A stretch of DNA of 38,282 nt. Source: a virus. Below, one piece after another: positions 1-8,100 of the stretch. How positions within the stretch are numbered: position 1 is the first letter of the stretch; the number at the start of each line of letters is the position of its first letter. Below the pieces are notes generated by a model. It was not told where the DNA came from. It ran no database searches and saw only the letters and a list, made by a program, of their open reading frames with translations. The stretch lies in IMG/VR virus record IMGVR_UViG_3300045988_096863. One strand, written 5' to 3'. The position numbers were made by a program, and so were the translations under genes.

Positions 1-119
1 GCCACAGTGGTTACTTTGCCAACTGTACTCATGGCACTGGATACTTTACTACCAAAACTCGATGCACTGTTAGTCGCAGACGTAGTACTTGTAGCCATGC
101 GTGACATTGCCGAAGTATA
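1..119. repeat. 119-bp exact direct repeat, identical to 38164..38282 (window ends overlap; circular or permuted genome)
   Basis: Compared base by base: 1..119 equals 38164..38282. The repeat lies inside the tape measure coding sequence. Confidence 0.97.
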
Positions 120-161
120 ACCTGATATATCAGCTGTAAAAATAGCTGCTACTTCTGCCAT
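1..161 (-). CDS. Tape measure protein, true 5' end (gene wraps the window junction)
   Basis: ATG at 161..159 is preceded by GGAGGTG. It reads MAEVAAIFTADISGYTSAMSRMATS..., in frame with the ORF that runs off the window at 38282. Confidence 0.85.
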   Translation of the reverse strand, partial: MAEVAAIFTADISGYTSAMSRMATSTTSATNSASSFGSKVSSAMSTVGKVTTV

Positions 162-164
162 ATA

Positions 165-889
165 TTATTCACCTCCGCGATTAAATAAATCGTTGATTCG
201 TTTAAGCGCTTCAAGATCAGGCTTTTTACGGCCTTTTTTGTTTTGAACCACTTGTTCTTCTTCTTTCTCTAATTCTCTTTGCATCTTTTTGATTGTTGTT
301 TTCGGTTTCTTAGCATTAGTTATCCCAGCATTGAACGCGGCCAACTCTAAATTATTGCGCCTCTCATCGATATTTTTTAAAGTTGCCCCATCAAGGATAG
401 CCTTTGCTTCCCATAAATATAAAGAAAAAGGAATCTCCGGATCGAAGATTCCCTTACGTGCAAAGTCAATTAGGAGAGACTCTTCTTCATTTCTTCCAAA
501 GTATCTTTGATCGCTTTGGCTTGAGTCTTCTCTTCCGATGTTTTTTGTGGAAGAGATGTCAGGTTCTTTTCCACTAAGTCTGTCCAATGTTTCGCGGCGC
601 GACGGAAAAAAGACGACTTTTCAAGTTCTGATTGAAGATCCTTGTAAAGTTCTTCAAATTTATCACCGTCTGAATAATCACTGTCGATCAAGTCTTCAAT
701 TTCCGAATCCTTTTTATCAGTGAGTAACACGCGTAACGCATTGTATACGGCTTCATTTTCATCACCAGTTACAAATTGTAACCATAATTGGCTTGCACCA
801 TCTTTTGCGTCTGCTTGCGTACTAAGCAATGCATTCGCACGGAACAATGCTTTGAAATTAAATTTAACCTCGGTATTACCAATTTTCAT
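165..889 (-). CDS. Tail assembly chaperone G-T fusion made by -1 programmed frameshift (about 241 aa)
   Basis: ORF 165..587 lies in the -1 frame relative to 470..889 and overlaps it over 470..587. An A6 run lies within the overlap. Its stop abuts the tape measure start. Confidence 0.7.
470..889 (-). CDS. Tail assembly chaperone (gpG-like)
   Basis: 139-aa ORF between the major tail and tape measure genes. It overlaps a -1 frame ORF, the classic G/GT arrangement. Confidence 0.8.
   Translation of the reverse strand: MKIGNTEVKFNFKALFRANALLSTQADAKDGASQLWLQFVTGDENEAVYNALRVLLTDKKDSEIEDLIDSDYSDGDKFEELYKDLQSELEKSSFFRRAAKHWTDLVEKNLTSLPQKTSEEKTQAKAIKDTLEEMKKSLS
539..550 (-). promoter_or_regulatory. 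Candidate slippery site for G/GT frameshift (CCA CAA AAA ACA; A6 run 541..546)
   Basis: It is the only homopolymer in the G/T overlap. Zero frame reads LPQKT and the -1 frame reads STKNI. It is not a perfect X_XXY_YYZ heptamer. Confidence 0.5.
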
Positions 890-907
890 ATCTCGTTATC
901 CTCCTAA

Positions 908-1696
908 TTAAGCAGTAGTTACAGTACCGGCAGAAGTAGCTTTTAATGATCCACTAGTTGCGGTAATTGTGACTGGCCCTGCTTTTACTGCTGTTACTTT
1001 GCCAGAATTATCGACAGTAGCAGTCAACGGATCAGATGATGTAACTTTAACATCATCTGGGCCAGTGATGGTTAACTGGTAAGTAGAACCAGCTTTAACA
1101 CTAAACGTTGATGGTGAAATAGAAACTGTCGTAGCAGCATCACTAAATTCACCGGTCTTTTGGCCTGGCCGTTCATAGTCGTAAAGTGCTTGTAATGACT
1201 GAACTTCAGCGTCAGTTAATGGGAAAGTGCCATCTACTAACTTACCTAAAATATTGATTGTCCAATCGATTTCGGAAAATGAATCTTCATCTGAAATGTC
1301 AGCACTATCAACGATACCATAACCGAACATTGCCGGATATGCCTTGTGGTCGTCTTCAGTAACAGCCAATCGTTTATCAACGATAACACGCCATACTTTG
1401 ATTTGTTTGCCATCATGTTTAGCTTTGATGATAGTATCAGTCGCTTCATCACCAGGCACCATGTAAGACGTTACTTCAATCGAATCTTCGTTCGTTGATG
1501 GTGCAACAATCCGTCCCATCTTAGTTTGTTCATCAAGTGAATCACCTTCAATTGATGTATCGCCAGATTCTTGATGAGCCGGTAGAATACCAGGTGCACC
1601 GATCGGGGCATCTACTGATTGCAGAAAATACCAAACATCTTTACCACGATAGGGAGTATCTTTAACGAATTTTACACCGTTGTTAATTGATACCAT
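908..1696 (-). CDS. Major tail protein with in-frame C-terminal Ig-like (Big_2-type) domain
   Basis: 262 aa, located upstream of G/GT. The C-terminus VSISPSTFSVKAGSTYQLTITG...VTAVKAGPVTITATSG has the Big_2 pattern. Confidence 0.8.
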   Translation of the reverse strand: MVSINNGVKFVKDTPYRGKDVWYFLQSVDAPIGAPGILPAHQESGDTSIEGDSLDEQTKMGRIVAPSTNEDSIEVTSYMVPGDEATDTIIKAKHDGKQIKVWRVIVDKRLAVTEDDHKAYPAMFGYGIVDSADISDEDSFSEIDWTINILGKLVDGTFPLTDAEVQSLQALYDYERPGQKTGEFSDAATTVSISPSTFSVKAGSTYQLTITGPDDVKVTSSDPLTATVDNSGKVTAVKAGPVTITATSGSLKATSAGTVTTA

Positions 1697-1708
1697 GTTT
1701 TATCCTCC

Positions 1709-2062
1709 TTAAATTGTGAACGTGACTAAAAACATTGCTCGTCTTATGTCGCGTCCTGTACTTGTGTCAACCATTGTTTGCGTAGTTAGGCTATCCCAAC
1801 GAATCGTCTTACTGATCGAATTTTTAACTTTATTCACCAATGATTCAAACTCAACGACAGAAATTGTATTCTCACAATATAAATCAATTTGTTGGCTAAC
1901 TTGGTTAAGCGTGTCGATCTTAGTTGATCTGTCGGAATCGGTGTGAATATTAACATGCAAGAGTGGCAGAACATCATTGGCACTTGGCTGCGTAAATTTA
2001 ACTTTTAGTCCACCAGCCGTGCATGTGCTTCTTAGGGCTAAATACCATTCCGATAATGTCAT
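1709..2062 (-). CDS. Tail completion / tail terminator-like protein
   Basis: 117 aa. Called from synteny only, directly upstream of the major tail gene. Confidence 0.45.
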   Translation of the reverse strand: MTLSEWYLALRSTCTAGGLKVKFTQPSANDVLPLLHVNIHTDSDRSTKIDTLNQVSQQIDLYCENTISVVEFESLVNKVKNSISKTIRWDSLTTQTMVDTSTGRDIRRAMFLVTFTI

Positions 2063-2436
2063 GAAAATTTCACCGCCTTTGCTAATTCGCGCTTGATTTC
2101 AGAAATGAAATACGGGTGCGCTTCGGCAACGCCAACTCGTATAAATGGTTTAGCACTCATTTTGTAAGTGCCGTATTCATTATAGCTTGAATAATCAGCG
2201 CGCGCAACGTATCGGCCACTAACTACCGAACCTGAAGCCTTAATATAATCAATGTCGATATTGTTGCGCATGTAACCAGTATCGACACGTGCGTTTCGTT
2301 TAGATACTTCTTGTGCTTTTGATAACGTTGATTTCATGGCAGACTTGGTGGCTTCTAATGATGATTTAGATGTAGCATTAAATTCATTCATTAAATTATT
2401 AAGCCCAGTCCATTTAATGTTAAAATCATTTGCCAC
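2059..2436 (-). CDS. HK97 gp10-family neck/tail component
   Basis: Motifs VDTGYMRNNI, YNEYGT and AKPFI are typical of the HK97 gp10 family. Position is in the connector cluster. Confidence 0.7.
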   Translation of the reverse strand: MANDFNIKWTGLNNLMNEFNATSKSSLEATKSAMKSTLSKAQEVSKRNARVDTGYMRNNIDIDYIKASGSVVSGRYVARADYSSYNEYGTYKMSAKPFIRVGVAEAHPYFISEIKRELAKAVKFS

Positions 2437-2710
2437 AAATTAACACCATCACTTTCCGTTGGCGATATGAAGTAACGATCGATTGTTCAATTTCATCAAT
2501 CAATACACGATTAGGCGTATCAACGTTGTTTTTTAAATGCACTTCATATGCCGTGGTTTTTAATAATCCATAAGTCGCCAATTCTTGAAAGTCCGTAATC
2601 GGGATAATTGTAGACGGAACATCATCAACGATTCGCTTGCTAACTTCACCAGTTAATTCGTCAACCGGCCCTGTTAAATAAATTAACGTCACTCGATCAT
2701 TGTATCTCAT
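2426..2710 (-). CDS. Head closure / head-tail adaptor protein
   Basis: 94 aa. Called from synteny between the gp6-like connector and the gp10-like protein. Confidence 0.55.
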   Translation of the reverse strand: MRYNDRVTLIYLTGPVDELTGEVSKRIVDDVPSTIIPITDFQELATYGLLKTTAYEVHLKNNVDTPNRVLIDEIEQSIVTSYRQRKVMVLICGK

Positions 2711-3051
2711 TATACAAACCTCATTCCGGAGTTGCGACGCTTATATGACTTGCGGTATACATCTAGCACGTCAGAATATTCAGATAAAGAAGATGGTGTT
2801 TCCCATGTGTTAGATACGTTGCCTTCACTTGAAGATTCTTTTCCCTCGTCGCCAATCTTGTTATAAATCTGAATAGTAATATCTTTAATCACGAAGTCTA
2901 GCCCGTTAGATAATTCCGACTGAACTAATCCATCTTGATTGACATATGCCAATACACGTGCTTGCACATCGGCAATAATATCAGTAATCAGATCATCTTG
3001 TTTTGTATCTTCAATACCGATTCTTAGTTTGATTGAATCTAGCAATGCCAT
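2710..3051 (-). CDS. Head-tail connector (gp6-like, DNA-packaging type)
   Basis: The N-terminus MALLDSIKLRIGIEDTKQDDLITDIIADVQARVLAYVN has the typical gp6-like connector pattern. It is the first gene after the capsid gene. Confidence 0.65.
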   Translation of the reverse strand: MALLDSIKLRIGIEDTKQDDLITDIIADVQARVLAYVNQDGLVQSELSNGLDFVIKDITIQIYNKIGDEGKESSSEGNVSNTWETPSSLSEYSDVLDVYRKSYKRRNSGMRFV

Positions 3052-3073
3052 TTTATCACTTCCATTCCATATA

Positions 3074-3106
3074 TAAATAAAAAGCGCAACCGTAATCGGC
3101 TACGCT
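3074..3106 (-). terminator. Rho-independent terminator/attenuator downstream of the capsid gene
   Basis: Minus strand AGCGTAGCCG-ATTA-CGGTTGCGCT forms a 10-bp stem with 2 G-U pairs, followed by TTTTTATTT. Confidence 0.7.
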
Positions 3107-3119
3107 AATTATATCATTT

Positions 3120-4252
3120 TTAAGCCTTGGTAACAGTAACGGCAACACTAGAAGTGAATGAACCACTAGTTGCGGTTACGGTAGCTGTACCTTCAGCAAC
3201 GGCATTGATCGTGCCATCTGTTGTTACAGTTGCAATCAAATCGTTAGATGATTTCCAAGTAACGGCTTTAATCACAGCAGCACTATCATCAGCACTTTCA
3301 GGAACCGTGGTAACCGTGATCTTGCGAGTATCGCCTACTTTAATGCTGGCTGTGTTTTGTGATGTTTTAATCCCAGTCGCATTATTCGGCGCTACCCTTT
3401 TGGGGTTGCGGTGAAGATGGCTTTCTTGTTATCGTCTAAGATAAACGTACCGTACTTACCAGCACCTTGTAATTCAACACCAGCGAAGTCAATAGCTTGG
3501 ATAGTCCGAGCAATGTTAATACCAGTGAACAAGCGTGCAATGTTATCAGGTGCGAAGATAACGGCCTTGCCACCCATGTATTGAGTAGGAACTTTGGTAA
3601 TAGTGATCCCGCGGAATGATACCATACCGTTAGTATCGATATTAACGGCCGAGTTCTTAGCAGTGGTTACGTTAGCTAAATCGATAATAGCATTGTAAAC
3701 CGTTGCAGTAACGTATGCACGAACCGGTGCGATAACTTCTAAGTCGGTGTACTTTTCAACTACCGATTCAAATAGCGTGTTAATGTCAGCAACTTGGCCT
3801 AAATCAGTACCGGCTGCAGCTAAAGCTTTACCCATTGCAACGTTGAATAAACGTGTCTTGGCTTGTGCTTGTAAGTTCAACCGATCAGCAACGGCTGCAT
3901 CTAAGTCGTTGTTAACGGTCATCTGATCTAAGCCTTCATGGATTGCCCAGCTTGCAGTGTAAGGTACGTCGGTATCTGTGTAAATAACTTCTTTCATGTC
4001 ACCGAAACGGCTTGACTTAGAAGTCCCAGTGCCAAATGCAGTGTTTGCATCAGTGCTATATTCACCAACCACAACAGCCATGGAGTTTGTCTTAACACTG
4101 AACGCAACAGCATTGTTTGAAATACCGTCTAATGCTTGTAAAGCACCGAATGTAGGCATGAATACGGACTGTGCTTGATAAACGGTTGATAGCAATTGTA
4201 AGAATTGCTTTGAATAAACGCGCACTGGTAAATTGTTATTAGTAGTTGCCAT
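3120..4252 (-). CDS. Major capsid protein with Ig-like C-terminal extension made by -1 frameshift (about 377 aa)
   Basis: The -1 frame stays open across the capsid stop for 92 codons. It encodes ...IKVGDTRKITVTTVPESADDSAAVIKAVTWKSSNDLIATVTTDGTINAVAEGTATVTATSG..., a Big_2 pattern. This frame has no start codon of its own. Confidence 0.75.
3392..4252 (-). CDS. Major capsid protein (zero-frame product, 286 aa)
   Basis: Position after the scaffold gene, strong RBS, appropriate size and composition. Confidence 0.85.
   Translation of the reverse strand: MATTNNNLPVRVYSKQFLQLLSTVYQAQSVFMPTFGALQALDGISNNAVAFSVKTNSMAVVVGEYSTDANTAFGTGTSKSSRFGDMKEVIYTDTDVPYTASWAIHEGLDQMTVNNDLDAAVADRLNLQAQAKTRLFNVAMGKALAAAGTDLGQVADINTLFESVVEKYTDLEVIAPVRAYVTATVYNAIIDLANVTTAKNSAVNIDTNGMVSFRGITITKVPTQYMGGKAVIFAPDNIARLFTGINIARTIQAIDFAGVELQGAGKYGTFILDDNKKAIFTATPKG
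3398..3404 (-). promoter_or_regulatory. Canonical -1 slippery heptamer C_CCA_AAA, three codons before the capsid stop
   Basis: Zero frame reads ACC CCA AAA GGG TAG. After the slip it reads CCC AAA AGG GTA... Confidence 0.75.
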
Positions 4253-4271
4253 AATTTAAAACCTCGTTTTT

Positions 4272-4820
4272 TTATTTTTTGTATTGGCTCATAATCTTGC
4301 TAAATGGATCTTCAGGATCACCAAGCACGGAAGAACCGGTCGCAGGCGGATTTGATTGTACGGCTTTTTCCACTTGTTCCTTAACCGCTGAATCGACTGA
4401 AGCTTTCAACGTTTCAACAGCACTTTTAATCGCATCGGCATCACCTAACGCAATAAGCGAATCGGCCATTTCAGTAGGCAAGCCTTGTTCAGACAACAAA
4501 TCTTTTGTGCTGTACGACAATTCGCGCTTGTTTAATTCAGCTTCACGTTGTTTGAATGCTTCTTCACGTTGCTTCTGTTCTTCAGCTAATTTATCGGCAG
4601 CAGACATTTTAGCGAGCTTAGCACCTTCATTTTTGGCGTCTTCGATTGCTTGCTTTTGATCAGCTTCCCACTTGGCTTTTGCTTTTTCAATCGCAGCAGC
4701 AGAACGTTTATCAGCTTCGGAATCAAGTTTCGCTTGTAATTCCTTTGGCGTTAAGGTTAATGTTTCTTCTGCTGGATCTGTTTCTTCGCCTTGCGGTGTT
4801 ACTACTGGTTCTTCTGACAT
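4272..4820 (-). CDS. Scaffolding protein
   Basis: ATG at 4820 after GGAGGATTATCA. The protein is charged and coiled-coil rich (AKAKWEADQKQAIEDAKNE...). It lies between the minor head and capsid genes. Confidence 0.75.
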   Translation of the reverse strand: MSEEPVVTPQGEETDPAEETLTLTPKELQAKLDSEADKRSAAAIEKAKAKWEADQKQAIEDAKNEGAKLAKMSAADKLAEEQKQREEAFKQREAELNKRELSYSTKDLLSEQGLPTEMADSLIALGDADAIKSAVETLKASVDSAVKEQVEKAVQSNPPATGSSVLGDPEDPFSKIMSQYKK

Positions 4821-4924
4821 TGATAATCCTCCTATCCCGACACGGATAATTAATTTTGCGATCCCAATTACGCTATGCACAATCACGATCAATCAATTGT
4901 CCCCATCACGATGTTTTTTTATTT

Positions 4925-5746
4925 TTAATCGACAGCAACCCAACTACATAAACAATTAGGGTGTTCTGGAATCATTCCTTCCGCCTCGTTTAATGTATAT
5001 TTCTTGCCATCGTGCGGCATGCAAATACGACAAGCGGCCGTATTGGTAACCCACATGACTTTAGTATATCCTAAATCTTTTGCGTTATCAATTCCTTGCT
5101 GTGCCATAACGCGAGCGCTTTCGGTTCGCAGCAATCTGCGTGCTTGCTTTTCATTTACGTTATACCGATCGCGAATCGCTTTGGTTTGTGAAACTGGGTT
5201 CGTATGCGTAAGCAACGCTTGCTTCATAATACGGTTAATATCATTTTTTAACGCATCTTGGTTTGCCCAGATCCGATCACTCCAATCGATTCCCTCAATC
5301 TTACCATCGACTAATTTTTTGATTGCTGATTCCGATACGTCAGCCTTGACATGGTACATTGAACTAACCTTATCAATTACTAACTTGGATTCGCTTTTAA
5401 GTTTATTAGATACATGGCTAATCAATCCAATCGCGACCGCAGCAGCAGCGACATACGCAGCGTACATAATCAATTCATCATTATTGGCCGGTGACTTAAC
5501 AGATACGCCATTTTTAAGTGCCTGTTGGTTAACCATGTTGGTTAGTTCGCTGTCTGGTAACTGTGAATCGTTGGCTTTCGTATAATCTTCGTATCGTTCG
5601 TTTAACGCATACCAGAACGCAAGCAGGTCTTTCTTTGATCCATTGACGATCTTTCTAATCTCGGCATCACTCTTTGACTGATTAGCCTTGCCGTCCGCGA
5701 ACTCCTTCATCATTTGGCGCAGTTGTTGTATTTGTTTGTCCGTCAT
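4925..5746 (-). CDS. Minor head / head morphogenesis protein (SPP1 gp7, Mu F-like)
   Basis: Follows the portal gene. The C-terminus CRICMPHDGKKY...EHPNCLCSW is typical of the Mu F / gp7 family. Confidence 0.8.
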   Translation of the reverse strand: MTDKQIQQLRQMMKEFADGKANQSKSDAEIRKIVNGSKKDLLAFWYALNERYEDYTKANDSQLPDSELTNMVNQQALKNGVSVKSPANNDELIMYAAYVAAAAVAIGLISHVSNKLKSESKLVIDKVSSMYHVKADVSESAIKKLVDGKIEGIDWSDRIWANQDALKNDINRIMKQALLTHTNPVSQTKAIRDRYNVNEKQARRLLRTESARVMAQQGIDNAKDLGYTKVMWVTNTAACRICMPHDGKKYTLNEAEGMIPEHPNCLCSWVAVD

Positions 5747-7214
5747 TATTCATAACTCCATTCCGATCAACTGAATAATCACCGCTTGCCGATTGTTCTT
5801 TCATCATGTCAACAATGTCTTGTGGGTTCGTCACGCCAGGTAACTGCTGATATAGATATTTCTGTGGCAAGGTAGCTCCAGCTTGAACCAACGCTTGAAT
5901 TTGACTAATGCTGTCGGCTGGCAAATTATCGCGGAATGTGAACGTCAATTCCTGTGGGTCAAACGTCCAATCGCCATGAATAGAGTTTTCAATGTTACTG
6001 ATAATCTGATAGCGTGCATATAATCCACGTTCAAACATACGACGCTTAGTGCTTGCCAATTCGACAGTGCCTAATACTTTATATTGCATAGCAACACCAG
6101 AACTGTTACTTGCGAAATTCTCATCGGTTAAATCAGGTGTATGGCTGAATTTATGAATATCCCCCGCCACGCGCTTTTTATATGCTTCAGATCCCACCAC
6201 ATCATAGGACTTGTTAATGTATTTGGCGTCAACCGAAGTCTGTGTACCATTAACCGTCATTCCTGACTTCAGCAATAGCATGTTTGAATCTTTCATTTCC
6301 TTAATCAATTCAAGCTTATCTTTAGCAAGCTTTGCCATTGCATTTTCATCGTTAGGGTCAATTGTGCTCATAATATCCGACCCCTCGAACAAAGTATCAA
6401 TATCGCCTTGGATAATCAGCATGGCTTCGTTTAAATCAGTCATGTAATTTGCTGTATCTGATTGTGCAGCATCATAAAGGTCAATCAACGGCAAAACATT
6501 TTCAAAGTCGCCCAAACGGAAATTACTATTATCAAATTCAACAACTGGGAACGTTGTGATCGATTTCGCTGTATCAACTGTCATTTTCCCCATGATTGGT
6601 GTCGGCTTATAAAGTGTATATGTGTCAGCAGTCCAAGTTTCAGGAACATAATTAATTGTTGACACTTGGTTATCATCTACCAATTCGATCTGGTGATAAC
6701 GCACGGCCATGATTGGTTTAGGATCAACGTCAGTCGAATAAATGACGAACGTGTCCAGTGGATCCAGCTTAGCCAAATGTTCTTCATTATCTTCGCCACG
6801 ATAGACATATTCATACGCCCGTCCGTAACGCGTCATATCCAAAAACAGATCATAGTTCTCTGCGTCAACATCATTGGCTTTATTGAACGTGTCGAATCCA
6901 TCGTTATTACCATCATCAGGCAGCTTAACATTAATCGGATTACCAACTGAATAAGACGTTTGGAAATCAGCAATATATTTTGCGAACGAGTGGGTAGCTC
7001 GATGATCGGCCTTGCCATCTTCATGCCGTCTTGATTGTTTATCAAGAATCTTTCGGTTGTACCCCTGATAATAGTCATCCAACGTTTCTAATCGTGGCCG
7101 CTGATAATTGAAATGATGCGTAATAAATTTCATAACTTTATCAGGCGTTAAATTTTCCAATGATTCTTGGTAAATCAAATTAGCCTGCTTGTGTTTTGTT
7201 AAATCGTAATCCAT
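5682..7214 (-). CDS. Portal protein (SPP1 gp6-like)
   Basis: 510 aa, immediately downstream of terL, with a GGAGG RBS. Confidence 0.85.
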   Translation of the reverse strand: MDYDLTKHKQANLIYQESLENLTPDKVMKFITHHFNYQRPRLETLDDYYQGYNRKILDKQSRRHEDGKADHRATHSFAKYIADFQTSYSVGNPINVKLPDDGNNDGFDTFNKANDVDAENYDLFLDMTRYGRAYEYVYRGEDNEEHLAKLDPLDTFVIYSTDVDPKPIMAVRYHQIELVDDNQVSTINYVPETWTADTYTLYKPTPIMGKMTVDTAKSITTFPVVEFDNSNFRLGDFENVLPLIDLYDAAQSDTANYMTDLNEAMLIIQGDIDTLFEGSDIMSTIDPNDENAMAKLAKDKLELIKEMKDSNMLLLKSGMTVNGTQTSVDAKYINKSYDVVGSEAYKKRVAGDIHKFSHTPDLTDENFASNSSGVAMQYKVLGTVELASTKRRMFERGLYARYQIISNIENSIHGDWTFDPQELTFTFRDNLPADSISQIQALVQAGATLPQKYLYQQLPGVTNPQDIVDMMKEQSASGDYSVDRNGVMNNDGQTNTTTAPNDEGVRGRQG

Positions 7215-7224
7215 GCTAAGCCTC

Positions 7225-7521
7225 CTATAATCCTAAATTCTTTAATGTTGATACACGTTCCTGATAATTCATATATTTACCAGCACGAACGAACATATAC
7301 TTCTCAAGTGCATAGCGGAGGGCGTCACAATTATGCACAATAACGCCACCATTAACTGCAAAGTTATGGTGGTTATTTACATACATGTCGTAGACATCTT
7401 CATATCCGTAAAAATTAATTGACTTGATTTTCACGCCTTTTGGCAAACGAGAGCTTTGAGGCGCAACTACGTGAGCAGGTTTCTTTTTTTGAATATTTGT
7501 TTGCACTGAATTTGGTTCCAC
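7225..7521 (-). CDS. terL: Intein C-terminal fragment fused to the TerL C-extein (last 34 aa of terminase)
   Basis: Contains ...KIKSINFYGYEDVYDMYVNNHHNFAVNGGVIVHN|CDALRYALEKYMF... Intein blocks F and G end in HN, followed by the +1 Cys and the TerL DALRY nuclease motif. Same reading frame as 8101..9576. The start codon is uncertain: GTG at 7521 or GTG at 7434. Confidence 0.8.
   Translation of the reverse strand: MEPNSVQTNIQKKKPAHVVAPQSSRLPKGVKIKSINFYGYEDVYDMYVNNHHNFAVNGGVIVHNCDALRYALEKYMFVRAGKYMNYQERVSTLKNLGL
7330..7434 (-). other. IntC core (35 codons, (M/V)KIKSINF...VIVHN)
   Basis: Size and pattern match natural split-intein C fragments. Asn codon is 7330..7332 and the +1 Cys codon is 7327..7329. 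Confidence 0.75.
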
Positions 7522-8050
7522 AGACTATACACGTCCTTTCTACATCATCAATGTGGTTATTTCTACGCCATTTTGACTTACAAGCGTTTGAACAGAAACG
7601 GTTGTGCCCATTATCTTGTGCTAAAAATGTTTTCCCACATTGCTCACAGACAAATTCCTTTTTGGCATACAATTTGTCTTTAGTCATCTCGTAATGTTTG
7701 AGGTGCCACTCATGGCCTTCGGCAGAAGCGTGCCATTTAGGTGCTGATTCAATCCCAAGTTGATGGAATTCAGAAAACCATTCTGGATTGTTTTTAACCC
7801 TTTCGACACCATGCAAGTGCTGATGGTCATGTGAGGAAAGACAGACAAGATTGGAAATATCATTGTTGTCTTTGTTTTTATCAATGTGGTGGACGTCATA
7901 ACCGGGCTTTATTGTACCGTGATACTTTTCCCAAATATAGCGGTGCAATCGCTTAGGTTTTCTTTCCTTTGCAATAAATTGGTTGCACTGCCAATATCCA
8001 CTTTTATTATCTTTTACAAAACGATAGCCGTCTACAATAACGGATTCCAT
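7415..8050 (-). CDS. Free-standing HNH homing endonuclease with two FCS-type zinc fingers, lodged between the intein halves
   Basis: HNH core is HHIDKNKDNNDISNLVCLSSHDHQHLH. Zinc fingers are CEQCGKTF...RFCSNACKSKW and CIVCGTKF...ETCSRSCASKL. It has its own ATG and GGGAG RBS, and lies in a different frame from terL. Confidence 0.85.
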   Translation of the reverse strand: MESVIVDGYRFVKDNKSGYWQCNQFIAKERKPKRLHRYIWEKYHGTIKPGYDVHHIDKNKDNNDISNLVCLSSHDHQHLHGVERVKNNPEWFSEFHQLGIESAPKWHASAEGHEWHLKHYEMTKDKLYAKKEFVCEQCGKTFLAQDNGHNRFCSNACKSKWRRNNHIDDVERTCIVCGTKFSANKYSKKETCSRSCASKLSFAKRRENQVN

Positions 8051-8070
8051 AAGATCATCTCCCTACACAC

Positions 8071-8079
8071 ATTATACCA
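8071..8079 (-). promoter_or_regulatory. Extended -10 promoter (TGGTATAAT) for the intein-associated HNH gene
   Basis: Minus strand reads CATGGTATAATGTG, located 21 nt upstream of the HNH ATG in the 50-nt gap after the IntN stop. Confidence 0.55.
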
Positions 8080-8100
8080 TGTATAGAGTATCTTGGCGCA

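Noticed and set aside
1-119. Terminal 119-bp repeat as a biological direct terminal repeat or cos region
   Set aside because: It lies within the tape measure coding sequence and simply closes the circle. This is most consistent with an assembly overlap of a permuted genome.
1246-1452. Nested minus-strand ORFs in alternative frames (for example 1246..1452, 9889..10071, 14115..14372, 27730..28098, 32289..32702)
   Set aside because: They lie entirely inside longer ORFs that have recognisable family motifs. They lack RBSs and have odd composition.
3127-3414. 95-aa plus-strand ORF between the capsid and connector genes
   Set aside because: It is the antisense shadow of the minus-strand Ig-like extension reached by the capsid -1 frameshift. 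Its Val/Thr/Ala-rich translation is the mirror of a Big_2 domain, and it has no RBS.
5004-5585. 193-aa plus-strand ORF
   Set aside because: It is antisense to the minor head protein gene, which has clear family motifs. It has no RBS, and no other plus-strand gene exists in the genome.
7484-7490. A7 run in the HNH/IntC overlap as a sequencing error; one fewer A would fuse the HNH ORF to IntC and give a different intein architecture
   Set aside because: After the A-run the HNH frame continues with ETCSRSCASKL. This completes a second FCS-type zinc finger that mirrors RFCSNACKSKW of the first, so the annotated frame is genuine through this point.
7684-7899. 71-aa ORF in the terL/intein frame inside the HNH gene, considered as a possible remnant of a continuous intein linker
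   Set aside because: The translation has no intein or endonuclease motifs and is flanked by stops. It is a chance ORF overlapping the well-supported HNH frame.
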